From Octopus sinensis (lineage: Eukaryota): a stretch of DNA of 64,000 nucleotides. The notes below the pieces were generated by a model, which saw only the letters and a program-made list of their open reading frames with translations, was not told the DNA's origin and did no database searches. Both the position numbers and the translations under genes were made by a program. This document shows positions 12,590-25,181 of the stretch, piece after piece. The DNA lies in assembly GCF_006345805.1 (NCBI RefSeq), contig NC_043004.1, positions 38,068,001 to 38,132,000 of the forward strand, in the 5' to 3' direction. The stretch's first letter is position 1. Every line of letters starts with the position of its first letter.

Positions 12590-13016
12590 GGATCTTTTCG
12601 GTTTGAACGGCAGTTTTTAACATAATTTCTAGGTAACTAAAAAAATTTTAAACTTCGTGTATTGGTAGAATGTGTTTATAAAACATCTTTTTCTCTTGGC
12701 TTTATTGAGAAAATTCTATAGTTTGTTAGATATTAGTTGTTTTTTCTTCTTCAATTTCTGCAATTTCAACCAATCACTGAAGTCTATTGAGGTAAAAAAA
12801 AAACATTTTGTGCCGTATGAATATGTCCCTCGTTTAAGAAACAGATTGGGTTTATTTACATTTGTGAAGAAAAAAAGATACCCCCATCCCTAACTCTAAC
12901 TAACCCTAACCCTAAAACAGATAGAAATTCAATAGATTGATACTAGGGTCATAACTATGGGTGACAATTTCACATGACACCGCTAGAAAAAACTGCCGTT
13001 CAAACCGAAAAGATCC
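12590..13016. mobile_element. 427-bp MITE with 29-bp perfect TIRs and 8-bp TSD (Merlin-like or hAT-like)
   Basis: TIR ggatcttttcggtttgaacggcagttttt at 12590-12618 and its exact reverse complement at 12988-13016; TSD gacgggca at 12582-12589 and 13017-13024. Confidence 0.9.
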
Positions 13017-13234
13017 GACGGGCATTTTCGTGGCGATTTAACTTTGATTATTTTTGGTTCGACCGAATAAATTTCAACGCAGTTTCTGTTGTTTCCTTAC
13101 TTTGGTTTACTTTTATAAAGTATTTGCGCAGTCTATTTGATCACTAAAAAAAAAATACAAAAGGTAGATTTGTTATTTGCCGCTATATATTGTTTGTTCT
13201 GTTAATGTCCTGTAAGCTAATCAACTAATTAAAT

Positions 13235-13620
13235 TGATGATGTCGTCCTCATTGATGTTGTTATTGTTGTTGCTGTTGTTGTTGTTGTTGTTGTTGTTGT
13301 TCTTCTTCTTCTTCTTCTTCTTCTTCTTCATCATCATCATCATCATCATCTTCTTGTTGTTGTTGTTCTTCATCTTCTTCATCTTCTTCATCATCATCTT
13401 CTTCATCATCTTCTTGTTCTTCTTCTTCATCATCATCTTCTTGGTCTTCTTCTTCATCATCATCATCATCATCATCATCATCTTCTTCTTCTTCTTCTTC
13501 TTCTTCTTCTTCATCATCATCATCTTCTTCTTCTTCTTCTTCTTCTTCTTCATCATCATTATCATCATCATCATCATCATCATCATCTTCTTCTTCTTCT
13601 TCTTCTTCTTCTTCTCTCAT
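13235..13620. repeat. Long compound (TTG)/(TTC)/(ATC) trinucleotide repeat
   Basis: Direct inspection; yields spurious poly-E/D, poly-K/M and poly-F/I ORFs. Confidence 0.9.
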
Positions 13621-14005
13621 CTCCTTAGTCACAATCAGCAACAGTCTTTTGACCACAGGCTCGCCCGAGTCGAGCGAGGTTAGGTCCAGTCTCCCAGGCA
13701 GAAAAGAACGGTACAAGTTTACGAACATGGTAACAGATCTTGGATGGGCAGCAAAGAAGCTAACCGTCAAGTTATAAAGGCAAAATCTCTGTTTTGCACA
13801 CTTGCGGGCACACAGACGCACGCATACGCACACGCACACACACATACACACATATGCGCACATGCATGCATACCCCACACACACATATAAACGCATGCGC
13901 GCGCACACACACACGCGCACACATACACACATATGCGCACATGCGTGCATACACCCACCCACATATAAACGTATGTGCGCACGCACACACAGACACACAG
14001 ACACA

Positions 14006-14039
<34 letters not shown>

Positions 14040-14181
14040 CGCATAAACGAATGTTGATGTGGCGTTTCTGGAATATTTTAGACCTAGCGGGGCAGTTTTA
14101 ACCTCTTCCAGATATGGTTTCTTCCAGACAAAAAAAAAAAAAGATAGAGAGATAGAATAAAAATAGACAGAGTGTAAGAGC

Positions 14182-14213
<32 letters not shown>

Positions 14214-14519
14214 TGGAGAGTGAGAGGTGGGGGAAGGGAGATACTGTTATTGCTGGCTTTGTTGGCAGATAACTGGTTTTTCTTCTCTTACGGCTGTCGA
14301 AGAAACCATTTTGCCGTTCAAATTGTTCATTATTTGCTTTTACTGTTTCTCTCTTCTCTTCCTGTGCTGCTATTACCGTTGATGCCGCTGTGCTATTGTT
14401 TGGTCGTGTGACGGAAGGTGAGGCATATCTTTTGTTTTCGATGCCGTTCCGTGGTTAATTTGCGTTGTGTGATATTTTTTGTATTGCTTTTTTTTTTCTT
14501 CCACATAGTGCAATAGTTT

Positions 14520-14567
<48 letters not shown>

Positions 14568-14995
14568 TCGTTCCTTCTTTCTTTCTTTCTCTCTTTCCTT
14601 TATTTCTTTCTTTCTTTCTTTCTCTCTTTCTTTCTTTCTCTCTTTCTTTCTTTCTTCCTTTCTGTCTTTCTTTCTTTCATTCTTTCTTTCTTTCCTTCTT
14701 TCTTTCTTTCTTTCCTTCTTTCTTTCTGTTTTCGGTCTGCGACGGTTTCAGGCAGGCTCTGTTACTAACAATGCCTCAACCAAGAACGCGACCGACGCCG
14801 ACTCCATTTACACCGCCAACTAAATAACCACCACCACCACCACCACCGCCACCGCCGCCGCCACCACAACCACCACCACCACCACCACCACCACCGCCAC
14901 CAACACCAACAACAACAACAACAACATCAACACCACACCACCACCACACACCACCACACCCCCACACCACCACTACCACCACCACCACCACCACC

Positions 14996-15027
<32 letters not shown>

Positions 15028-15055
15028 CAACAACAACAGCAGCAGCAGCAGCAGC
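14520..15055. repeat. (TTTC)n tract followed by compound (CCA)/(CCG)/(CAA)/(CAG) repeats
   Basis: Direct inspection. Confidence 0.9.
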
Positions 15056-15787
15056 ATGTCGCCTATCGCCAATACTATTTATCCTTATTATTTCTCTTTT
15101 ATCTCTCTGACTAACACCCTCGCCATATTTTTTTTCACATTCCTGTCATCGAAAGCTGGTAGATGACGATGTTATTTTAAAGAGTTTTTGTAAAATGCTG
15201 CCCGACCTAATTCTTATAACATTTGAGTTTCGTCCCCGGAGGGTAAGGAGCAAGCTGAACAGCTGCCACGTCCCCCGAATAACACGACCGCTGGCCACCA
15301 AACCACCACCACCAACCATCACCATCACCATCACCCCCTCCATTACCACCATTACACGGTGACGAAGATTTTTCTCGCGCAGCATTAGTTTTGGCGGGAA
15401 AAATAAAGTCGGATTCTTTTCGATCGTACCTCGTATATATGTTTGAGCGTGTGTGCGTGTACATGCAAATATCGGTAGAACTCATACAGTGACGGAAAAA
15501 CTGATGAGCCTTTAGAATATTTGTTTGATCCACATGCACCTTCTTACTCCTTTCGTAAGAAATGCAAAGGACCAGCGACTGGCCTGTTGAAAATCTGTAA
15601 CCGACAACGCTATTGTCCGCTTAATGTGATATCAAATATTATAAATAACACGCAAATGACACTTGCGGTGAGTGGACTTCAGCATAAGATCAATGAACTA
15701 CTTATCCAATACAATATCCACTTGACCACTATGTATACTTCTCACAAACGCCCTTCATAATGTTTTGATTTCAGCAATACCAATACT

Positions 15788-16032
15788 GTGGACGCGCGTG
15801 GCTTAGTGATTAGGGTGTCAGCATCATGATCGTAAAATTGTGGTTTCGATTCCTGGACCGGGCAACGCGTTGTGTTCTTGGGCAAAACACTTCATTTCAC
15901 GTTGCTCGAGTCCACTCAGCTGGCAAAAATGAGTAACGCTGCGATGGACTGGCGTCCCGTCCAGCTGGGGAACACATACGCCATTGAAACCGGGAAACCG
16001 GGCTCGTGAGCCTAGCTAGGCTTGAAAAGGGC
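15788..16032 (+). mobile_element. SINE family C variant with V-domain-like 3' module
   Basis: tRNA head (gcttagtgattagg; ggtttcgattcc), ttgtgttcttgggcaaaacactt body, then gctgcgatggactggcgtcccgtccag. Confidence 0.75.
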
Positions 16033-17465
16033 GAGAAAAAAATACTAACACTACACCGACACCAATACCTACGTTACAGGGTGACAATTCGATGCCACCA
16101 CCACCACCACCGCCCCGCCGCCACCGCCGCCGCCGCCATCATCATAATTCCACCCTAAGCGCTATTAAAAAAAACCTGGTCTTCAGTTCATCTTCAAACT
16201 GTACCATTTTCATCGTTGACATTCAGTTGTTTTCCTTCTTCTGTATCACTTCCCCATAGTTTTCACTGTATCATCATGATCTTGTTTTAATTTTCTACTT
16301 CCTCTTTGTTTCCGTCACCTTTTACCCTCTGATTTAGTATCAGGATCTACTTCTCATCTCTCTTCTTTTTCTTCTCTTATGCTTCTCTTTTCCTTCACCC
16401 CATCCCCACCATCACTTTCCTATTTTTCTTACGTCTCCTTTCACAAAACATCCAGAAGCAGATTACTTTTATTCAAAGAAACTTTGATTAAGTTTCTGCT
16501 GTGTTAATCAAATTGGAAAGATTACATTTTTATATTTTGAGTTCGTTCGCTTCATACAACATATCGCTAGAAGGCTTTGGCCACGCTGAACCCTTATGAG
16601 GCTGGTTTCGCTGCTCCCTTCATCATTATTTGCAAAGCTGTAATTTTTGTTATTGTTCCTACTCATGTTGTTGTTGGTATTATTAATAATAATAACATTA
16701 ATAAATGTGAGCTTTGCTATCATCCGTGTCGAAATTTAACAAGGCATTTATTATCGATTCATTATCGATTTCGATGTTATATTTTTAGTAAGAAAGATAT
16801 GTTATAGGCGATCAGTGTCTGTGATATACTTTCGATTCTTGGATGGCGTCAATTTATCCTACTTACACGACTAGTGCTCCCACGCAAGGTTTGAACTGCT
16901 TATGAGTTTGTGTGTCCTATGCAAAAATTCCCAAACTTTGTGGCACAATAATTGCCTTTCCCTTATAAAGAGACATCATATTTAAGTGAGGCGTGTAGTC
17001 GATTGAATAAACCCTAGTAAGTCAGTGATTCTTCATTCAAAATGGATGAAAAGCGAAAATGCATCACGGCAAAATTTGAATTATATATATAATATATAGA
17101 AAAAGAAGCCATCAGATGTAATGTGGCAGATTTCAGGAAACATGGAATTATAATATAATAGTCTTTTACTCTCCAAATGATATATGAAGTGGTCAGTGTT
17201 TGGTTTCATAACCTGAAGTGGGTGAAACTACCTTTTCCACGTAGAAAAAAAAATCAAGCGATTTATTGCTTGTAATAATTCTGTCATGAAGAGACTATGT
17301 GGAATAAATGTTCGTTTAGAGAACGCAGCGAAACAGCTGTAAAGAAGTTGAAATTTCCAACCTTACTAGAAGGATGTCTAAAACCTTAATTACTCAACCG
17401 TTTTATCTCAAAGATGAAAACATTTTCATATTAAAATAAAATATAGTCAGAAGCTGTATATTTAC

Positions 17466-17641
17466 CTCTGGCATTGTATAAGATTCCTTTAATGTTAGAT
17501 TTCTTGGTAATGAGGCCTGGGCTCTGTTTGGGTGTTCTTCTTCAAATTGTCTATCATGAACAATGCAGACACAGAACTCCTCAAAATCTTGTTCTTTCAG
17601 GTTTGATATATCCCAGGCATCATCGATATCTGTCGCCATTC
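17466..17641 (-). CDS. PRDM1: Exon of PRDM1/Blimp-1-like PR-domain zinc-finger transcription factor (N-terminal pre-SET region; ATG at 17639)
   Basis: Translation MATDIDDAWDISNLKEQDFEEFCVCIVHDRQFEEEHPNRAQASLPRNLTLKESYTMPE resembles recalled vertebrate PRDM1 (EAEFEEKCTYIVND...QAEASLPRNLLFK). Acceptor tttctctttttgtgttgtag|GA ATG and donor CCAGAG|gtaaat; 58 codons from ATG ending in phase 0. Confidence 0.85.
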
Positions 17642-18029
17642 CTACAACACAAAAAGAGAAATATCAGCGCAATGTTTACGATAACCAAAGGTAATGACTA
17701 ACTAAAAGTTAGATTATAGATTTGCCTGGATGTTTAGGGCGAGTAGAGAGAATAGCATAAGTTCTAACGTAAAACAGAAGGACCCAAAGTAATAAATATG
17801 TAAAAACTATGAAATGGAAATATATATATATATATATATTATTATATATATATATGATATATATATATATTATATATATATATATATATAGTATATATAT
17901 ATATATATATATCTTTCAACAATAATAATATAATTACGGATATTACGAAGCGGCACTGGTGTAGTTTAAAACATGTGTAGGTATATGTGAAGCAGTATAT
18001 ATACATATATATTATATATATATAGGGAG

Positions 18030-18102
18030 AATTCACAAAAATAGACAAAAGACGGAAGATAGGTGGTTGTAGACAACAAACAGATGTATTAGTTTAACGC
18101 TC
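18030..18102 (-). mobile_element. Family P1 3' fragment
   Basis: gggagaattcac...gacggaagataggtggt...caaacagatgtattagtttaacgctc is the reverse complement of 6630-6712. Confidence 0.65.
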
Positions 18103-18207
18103 GGATATATATATATATACGGAGTAAGTAATAAACACATAAATGTGAAACAAGGTGGGGAAAAAAAGAGTACTCAAATACCAGTGGTAGAGTAATATGC
18201 TTTATTT

Positions 18208-18361
18208 AAAGCAGCAGAAAATTCAACAAAACTGTTACTCTGAGTGTCACGTTGCCGTTCATCGGACAGTTTTTGCTAGAATATTCTAGCAAAAACTGTC
18301 CGATGAACGGCAACGTGAAACTCAGAGTAGTAACAGGGTTTGTTGAATTTTCTGCTGCTTT
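18208..18361. repeat. Loop-less palindrome of two family-P2 hammerhead units (18232-18269 minus; 18296-18336 plus)
   Basis: Centre ctagaat|attctag at 18282/18283; arms aaagcagcagaaaattcaacaaa.ctgttactctgagt.tcacgttgccgttcatcggacagttttt are mirrored. Confidence 0.85.
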
Positions 18362-18681
18362 CACTAAAGTATCATATATATATATATTATATATATATAT
18401 ATATATTATCTATATATAAAGAATTAAAGGTAATGCTATGCTACTTCGTAATAATCATTATTATTGTTGATATTATATACTCCAGCAAACCTATATGGTT
18501 AAGTTGATATTCAGAATTATCCAACGGAATATATCACTAAATTCGTATCGTATGAGAATACTATACTATTTATATATTATCTGTTGAATAGACCAATTTG
18601 GAATACCTACCTGAGAGTAAACCGGTAAACGTTTGGAGTAATCTTTAACTATTTACCCTCACCCCACATATATATATATAT

Positions 18682-19088
18682 ACAGGGGTGGCTGTAAGGT
18701 AAGAAGTTTGCTTTCTAACCACGTAGTACTCGGTTCACTCCCTTTGCGTAGCACCTTGGGCAAATGTCTCTGCTCTACCGTCGTTCCGACCAAAGCCTTG
18801 TGAGTGGATTTCGTAGACAGAAATAAAAGAAACCCATCGTATACATATAAATACATAAACATATATGTGTGTGAGTGTATGTCTGTGCGTTTGTCCCCCA
18901 CCGCCGCTTGACAACTGGGAGGTATGAATACCTTCCCGTAACTTAGCAGTTCACCAAAAGTAGCCAATAGAATGAGTACGCGGCTTTAAAGAAAGTAAGT
19001 GCTGGGGTCGATTTGTTCGACTGAAATTCTTCAAAGCGATGCCCCAGCATGGCCGCAGTGTAATGACTGAAGCAAGTAGAAGATAAAG
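18682..19088 (+). mobile_element. SINE family A, diverged full-length copy
   Basis: Colinear with 56664-57041 from gtggctgt..ggtaag to ccagcatggccgcag...gactgaagcaagta. Confidence 0.75.
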
Positions 19089-19671
19089 AATAATAAAAAA
19101 TATTATTTGTTGTGAGGAAGTGATAAAATTTAGTGCTTTTTGGCAGGGCCTTCAAACTGAAAACGTCCAGTGATGAAGTGTCTAAAAGCCTCATAGGAAG
19201 ATAAAAATAAACAAATAAGAACTGGTTTAAACCTTCAGACCAGAATAGTAATTTAATATATATTGCGTACTTCTGAATTTGTAAAATTAAAAATTCATTA
19301 ATTTTCTCAGCACAGATGCACTCCACAGGTTCTTATGCCCTTGCAATTTCTCCCTGGTATTAAAACGTTTTTTCCCTCCACCACACTTGCTGGTTTAGAG
19401 AATAAAAATTTTGTAGACGCCAGCCGTATGAAAAGCAATTGGTAATTTAGAGTTAATATACTTATTGAACGGAACAGCAGAACGCTAGCGGGAAATATAA
19501 TCATGGCGAGATAAAAAGTAAAACGTCATTGGTTTTATTTTGTTTACTTTGAGTCTAAACCCCATGAGATTTCGTCTTTCTGGAGCCGATAAAATAAAGT
19601 GGTTAGGAAGTACAGTTTAATCGAATGATCACTCTCATCAAATTAATTACAAATTAATATTACTTTGTAAC

Positions 19672-20110
19672 CGAAGGTGGCGAACTGCAGAATGGTTAGC
19701 ACGCCGGGCAAAATGTTTAGTAGCGTTTCGTCTGTTTTTACGTTCTATGTTCAAACTTCACCGAAGTCGTCTTTGCCTTTCATCCCTTCGGGGTCGATAA
19801 AATAAGCACCAGTTGACCACATGGGTCAATGTAATCGACTTACTCGCTACCCCGAAATTGATAGCCTTACGCCAAAATTTGGAACCTTCAAGGCGGCGAA
19901 CTGACGGAATAGTTAGCATGCCGGGCAAAATGCTTATCGGCATTTCATCAATCTTTACTTTCTGAGTTCAAATTCCGCCGAGGTCGACTTTGCCTTTCTT
20001 CTTTTCGGGGTCGATAAAATAAGTACAAGTTGATCATTGGGGTTGATGTAGTTGATTTACCCACTCTCCAAAGATACTGGCCATATGCCAAAATTAGAAA
20101 CCAATATTAT
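19672..20110 (+). mobile_element. Two tandem copies of SINE family D
   Basis: aaggcggcgaactg.cggaat.gttagca.gccgggcaaaatgctta...gagttcaaattccgccgaggtcgactttgcc repeated at ~19674 and ~19889. Confidence 0.8.
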
Positions 20111-20691
20111 CTCTTAGCCAAAAACTTGGATTGCTTAATTTAGGAACGTGGGATTTATTGTTTTTGTTATCCCTCGGAGGTACCAGTAATTATTCATGTC
20201 GGTTTAATCGGCTAGAGCTTAACTCGAAAATAAGTGAGTGTGTTCCTAATCTGTAAAGCATCAAATTATTTGAAATGACTTGGTAATTCAATCACTTATC
20301 TACTAAAATTTTTACCAAGTAATTCACATATAAACTACTTAACACTTATCAACTTTCTCTCTAAGGTGAGAAAACGGCAAGATGAAAGAGATATGAAGAA
20401 ATCAGAAATCTAAAACAACAAACTATAAGTATTTTTCAAATAATCAACAAATCAACGAAAACAAAAAAAGGAAAATAAAAATAAAAAAGAACGTAAAATC
20501 TTTTGCAATAAAGTCATTATAGATACAATCTATATTGTCTAGACTTTAGAGTCTTTCTAGATACCAACTCTTCTAAGATAAAAAGACATTGCAGTCAAGA
20601 GCTTCTTTACCGGACGAAAAAGGAAGCCTGTCAAAGAGCGGATGAACTCAATAAAGCGAATGACGGAATATTTTTCTTTAGACATAGGCGC

Positions 20692-20785
20692 AGGAGTGAC
20701 TGTGTGGTAAGTAGTTTGCTTACCAACCACATGGTTCCGGGTTCAGTCCCACTGCGTGGGATCTTGGGCAAGTGTCTTCTAGTAA
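20692..20785 (+). mobile_element. SINE family A head
   Basis: ggcgcaggagtgactgtgtggtaagtagtttgcttaccaaccacatggttccgggttcagtcccactgcg. Confidence 0.8.
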
Positions 20786-20988
20786 GGCAAGTGCCTTATA
20801 GTATATTATGTAATGAAAGCACGACACAGCGTGGATGGTAAGTTCTCTGAACACCTACGGCAAAAAGCGTCAGCCATTTCTACATCTGTGAAGGAGAGTA
20901 TATAGATCCCTAGCAGAAAAGAAAGACCAAAGTTACGTTTACGAGAAAGATCATGCATTGCACAAAATGGTGTTGGAAATATCGCATG

Positions 20989-21043
<55 letters not shown>

Positions 21044-21327
21044 ATATGTATATATGTATGTATATATATATATATAATGAGAGAGATGGGGAGAGGGAGA
21101 GGGAGGGACGGAGAAAGAGAGATAGATAGATATCAAATAAGTGTTGGACTGCGACATCTGGGGCCATGCCCTTGATATTAAATAAAGCGTTAAACTTACA
21201 ATATGCAAATAGGTAGCCCTAGTATTCAGTAACTAGTGGATTTGATGAGTATATAAACGGATTGGAGTAGACACTTCTGATGAGAAAAAAATTACGTTAG
21301 AGAATCGATTAAGTATTTGTATGCATT

Positions 21328-21368
<41 letters not shown>

Positions 21369-22191
21369 AGTTCTTTTTTAAGCGGTTTCCCTCATTGAAC
21401 TGCTCTGATGAGAAAATCTACCCCAACGCTTTTTATTTAAGCCTGGTAGTTATTTTTCTGTATTTTTTTTGCACCCCGTTATGTCATGAGAACGTAAACA
21501 AACCAATACCATTTATCAACGGATTAGAACACAAAGACACCCACACGCATACACACGCACACACACACACGCGCACACACACGCGCACACACAACCCCCC
21601 CCCCCCACACACACAGTTGCAAACACAGGTAGGTTTATCAGCAATACAAAATAGAATGTAACACGTTGTGGGCGTTAAAAGTGTTGATCCAAATTTATTT
21701 ACTAGTTAACCCAACCACGTGTTTGTATATACATCCTGTATATATACATATTCAAGTATGTACACACACACACACACACACACACACAAGTGCACGCATA
21801 CATAAACATAAGCTTTTCACTTTCCGTATCTTTGAAGGAGTTTTTGAAAATGAAGGCTGATAACAACTTGAGATTGACAAAAAAGAAAAATAGAGAGAAA
21901 CGAAAAAGGAAATATACCGTCGGGGTCATTGCAAAATTGAAATAAACGGTATTGTGTTTGTAAGGTCAGAATGTTAGAGGAAGTTTACTGTTAATCTCGA
22001 TTCATTGAGAGGTCTTCTGTTCGGGAGATAAAAGAATTGTTATCTTATTTCATTTGTTTTAAAGAGAATTGTGTTAGTTTTGGCTTTTTAATTCATAGAT
22101 ATGGTATGGGCTGCTTATTCCCCACATCGCATGGTTTTTTTTTTTTTTATCTCGTAACGATTCAAATTGCTTAAACATTACAAACGGAGAA

Positions 22192-22247
<56 letters not shown>

Positions 22248-22276
22248 GTCTCTCTGTCTGTCTGTCTATCTGTCTG

Positions 22277-22366
<90 letters not shown>

Positions 22367-22492
22367 GCATATCTGCCTGTTTGTGTGTCAGTATGTCTGT
22401 CTGTCTGTTCGTCTGTCCGTCGGTTGTCTCTGTCTTTCTGTTCCCCCCTCTCTCTCTCTATCTCTTCCTGTTTCTCTTTCTTTCTCTCTCAT

Positions 22493-22620
22493 TGTGGCTG
22501 CGTGATAAGAAGTTCGCTTCCTACTTCATGGTCCCGGGTTCAGTTCCACTGCAGGGAACATTGGGCAAATGTCTTCAACTATAGTCTCGGGCTGACTGAA
22601 GGCTTGTGAGTGGATTGGTC
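22493..22620 (+). mobile_element. SINE family A head, diverged
   Basis: gtggctgcgtgataagaagttcgct...gggttcagttccactgcaggg..cattgggcaaatgtcttc. Confidence 0.7.
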
Positions 22621-23481
22621 GAACACCGGTAAAGCGGAGAGAGAAGAGAGAGAGGTAGAATCAGAGGGTTAGAAGAATTCCTTCTTTTTAGTAGCCCCTT
22701 CACACTTCGTTATTTCTACTCTTCTTTCTTTCGTTTCATCTCTCTCACATTTCCAGGCTTTCTCTTCATTCTCACCTTCCCTCCACTTTCACTTCGCTCT
22801 GTCCCTTTTCTTTTTTTTCTCATCCCTCCTTAATTCTTCTATCCCTCTGCCTAAACCTCTCTCTCTCTCTCTCTCTCTTTTCTCTCCACGTGACCAGTGT
22901 TCGGCCAAGCCTTACCTTTCTTTCTTGGTTCGACTACCATCCGTGCAACATCTATATTCCTCCCTATGCCTGCCATCACTTCCACACACGCCAGCTTAAT
23001 TTAATTCGTCCTTAGTCGAAAGACACTTGTTGTTAATATCCTTATTTGCATTTGTATTTGTGTACCATTTCTCCGTTTTTTCCGTCTTTGTTTTCGTATA
23101 CATTTGCTGCTTTCTTCCAAGGAATCTAGTGCTCTTAGCTTAGTTTTTCCTTGGGGGCTGGCCAGATTCGAGCAATCTCGAGTATAACCAGCCGAAATTG
23201 CAAAGATAATCTGGAACTCGACTGAAGATAGAAAACTCCGAGTTGATCCGTCCTTGTTTTTTTGTATCGTCTGCCTGGATGTTTTGCGTTCTTGTCCCAT
23301 TTTTGGTATTCCATTTTATACAAATGTAGCGGCGTACGTACACTTTGGTCTCTCTCACTCTCCTCTCTCTCTCTCTCTCTCTCTCTTTATATATATATAT
23401 TAGGTGGAAAAATAGTACTCGAATACCGAAGGTAAAGTAATGTACATTTTTATTAGAGCTGCAAAAGCATCACAAAAACAT

Positions 23482-23597
23482 CTGTGATTCACAGTTTCAC
23501 GTTCACGTTCATTAGACAGTTGTGATCAAGATCAAATTTTATTCCAGACTCGTTCACAACTGTCCGACGAACGGGAACTTGAAACTCTGTGTCAGAG
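23482..23597. repeat. Inverted pair of degenerate family-P2 hammerhead units (23482-23519 minus; 23560-23597 plus)
   Basis: Plus unit ctgt-CCGACGA-acgggaactt-GAAAC-tctgt-GTC-agag; minus unit ctgt-CTAATGA-acgtgaacgt-GAAAC-tgtga-ATC-acag; both 38 nt like 6814-6851. Confidence 0.65.
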
Positions 23598-24244
23598 TTT
23601 TTTGTAATGGTTTTTGTAATGTTTTTATATGGTGTGTGTGTGTGCGTGTGTGTGCCTGTGGGTGTGTATATGTAGATGAGTGGTGAGTGTGTGTGTAAAC
23701 TTACACGCATATGTATATGAAACTGACGCTACACATCTCCTTATGCAATGTTCCAAGTCTCCTATCCTGATATAGAATATTAAGTATAGTACAAAGTATC
23801 AAATACGGTTTCTATACATGAAAACCATGGCAAAAATGGGGCCTTTAACTGTGTGTGGAGATAATTAAAACTAAAAGTGATAAACGATAGAGTCGTAGAA
23901 ATTTAGTTATGAAGTGTAAATGATAGCACAAAAAAAAATTGCTTGTAATGAGAAAAATTATGTTGTGCTAGAGGACACAAAGGTTAAAAATTATTTATGA
24001 CAAGTGATAGGTTTAAGGAGGAAGTTTCCTATACGGGAATCTACTGGTTAACAATTGTAATTAATCGGTAAGAAAGAAATGACCACAGATGGCTATGAAA
24101 TGGCATTGGCCACGGTATGCACACAGGAACGGACTTACACATGTATTTATGCACAAGTAATTCGCAGGTGATCGTGGAATGGTTGGTATTATAGAGGATA
24201 TATAGCACGAACGTAGCATACGTTTCTGTATATATTGGCATTGG

Positions 24245-24516
24245 CGTGGCTGTGTGGGTAAGAAGTTTGCTTTCCAATTATATAGTCTTCGGTTCAGTCC
24301 CACTGTACTGCATCTTGGGTGTATTCTACTCTAGCTCCGGCCTTGTAAATGGAGTTGGTTGACGGAAACTGAAAGTAGCTCATCGTGTGTGTCTGTGTGT
24401 CTGCGTTATACACAAACATACACACACACACATATATATGCACATATGTATGTTTGTGTGTATATATATGTATACTTATATATATATGTATATATATGTA
24501 TGTATGTATATATGTA

Positions 24517-24552
<36 letters not shown>

Positions 24553-24619
24553 TGTATGTATGTATGTATGTATATATATATATATATATATATACACATA
24601 CACAAATATATATATATAT

Positions 24620-24670
<51 letters not shown>

Positions 24671-24810
24671 ATTTGTGTGTGTGTGGTGTATGTACGTATA
24701 CGGGGGGCTTCTTTCGTCTACCACATCCACTCACGAGGCTTTGGTCGGCCCGAGGCTATAGTAGAAGACACTTGCCCAAGGTACCATGCAGTGGGACTGA
24801 ACCCGGGACT
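24245..24810. mobile_element. Two oppositely oriented SINE A heads (24245-24385 +; 24698-24810 -) around a microsatellite
   Basis: Similarity to family A head on each strand. Confidence 0.7.
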
Positions 24811-24830
24811 ATGTTCATGAGAAGCATATG

Positions 24831-24904
<74 letters not shown>

Positions 24905-25133
24905 AATCTATCTATACACACACACATGCACAAACGCATGCGCGCATACATTTGTATGTCTATAAATAGTATCCTGAAATTGAATCTCGTGACTCGAGTT
25001 ACACGACACTGTGATCTTTACGCGGGAAACTCGAGTCACTAGATAAATTTTCAGTTTCAATAAACCATATACTCTACAATGTATTGAGTAATTTTCTCTC
25101 ATTCGTTCGACACAATTCAACGTTTGTGTAGAT

Positions 25134-25181
<48 letters not shown>

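Noticed and set aside
12891-12914. TAACCC repeats as an interstitial telomere
   Set aside because: Only 2-3 units, and internal to the MITE.
13261-14034. 257-aa minus ORF with a poly-E/D/Q C-terminus
   Set aside because: Built from CA-type and trinucleotide microsatellites joined by a short unique stretch.
21270-21420. Two CTGATGAG motifs (possible hammerhead remnants)
   Set aside because: No GAAAC or stem II partner found at the correct spacing.
23001-23358. Purine-rich minus-strand ORFs (possible LINE remnant)
   Set aside because: No diagnostic motif recognised.
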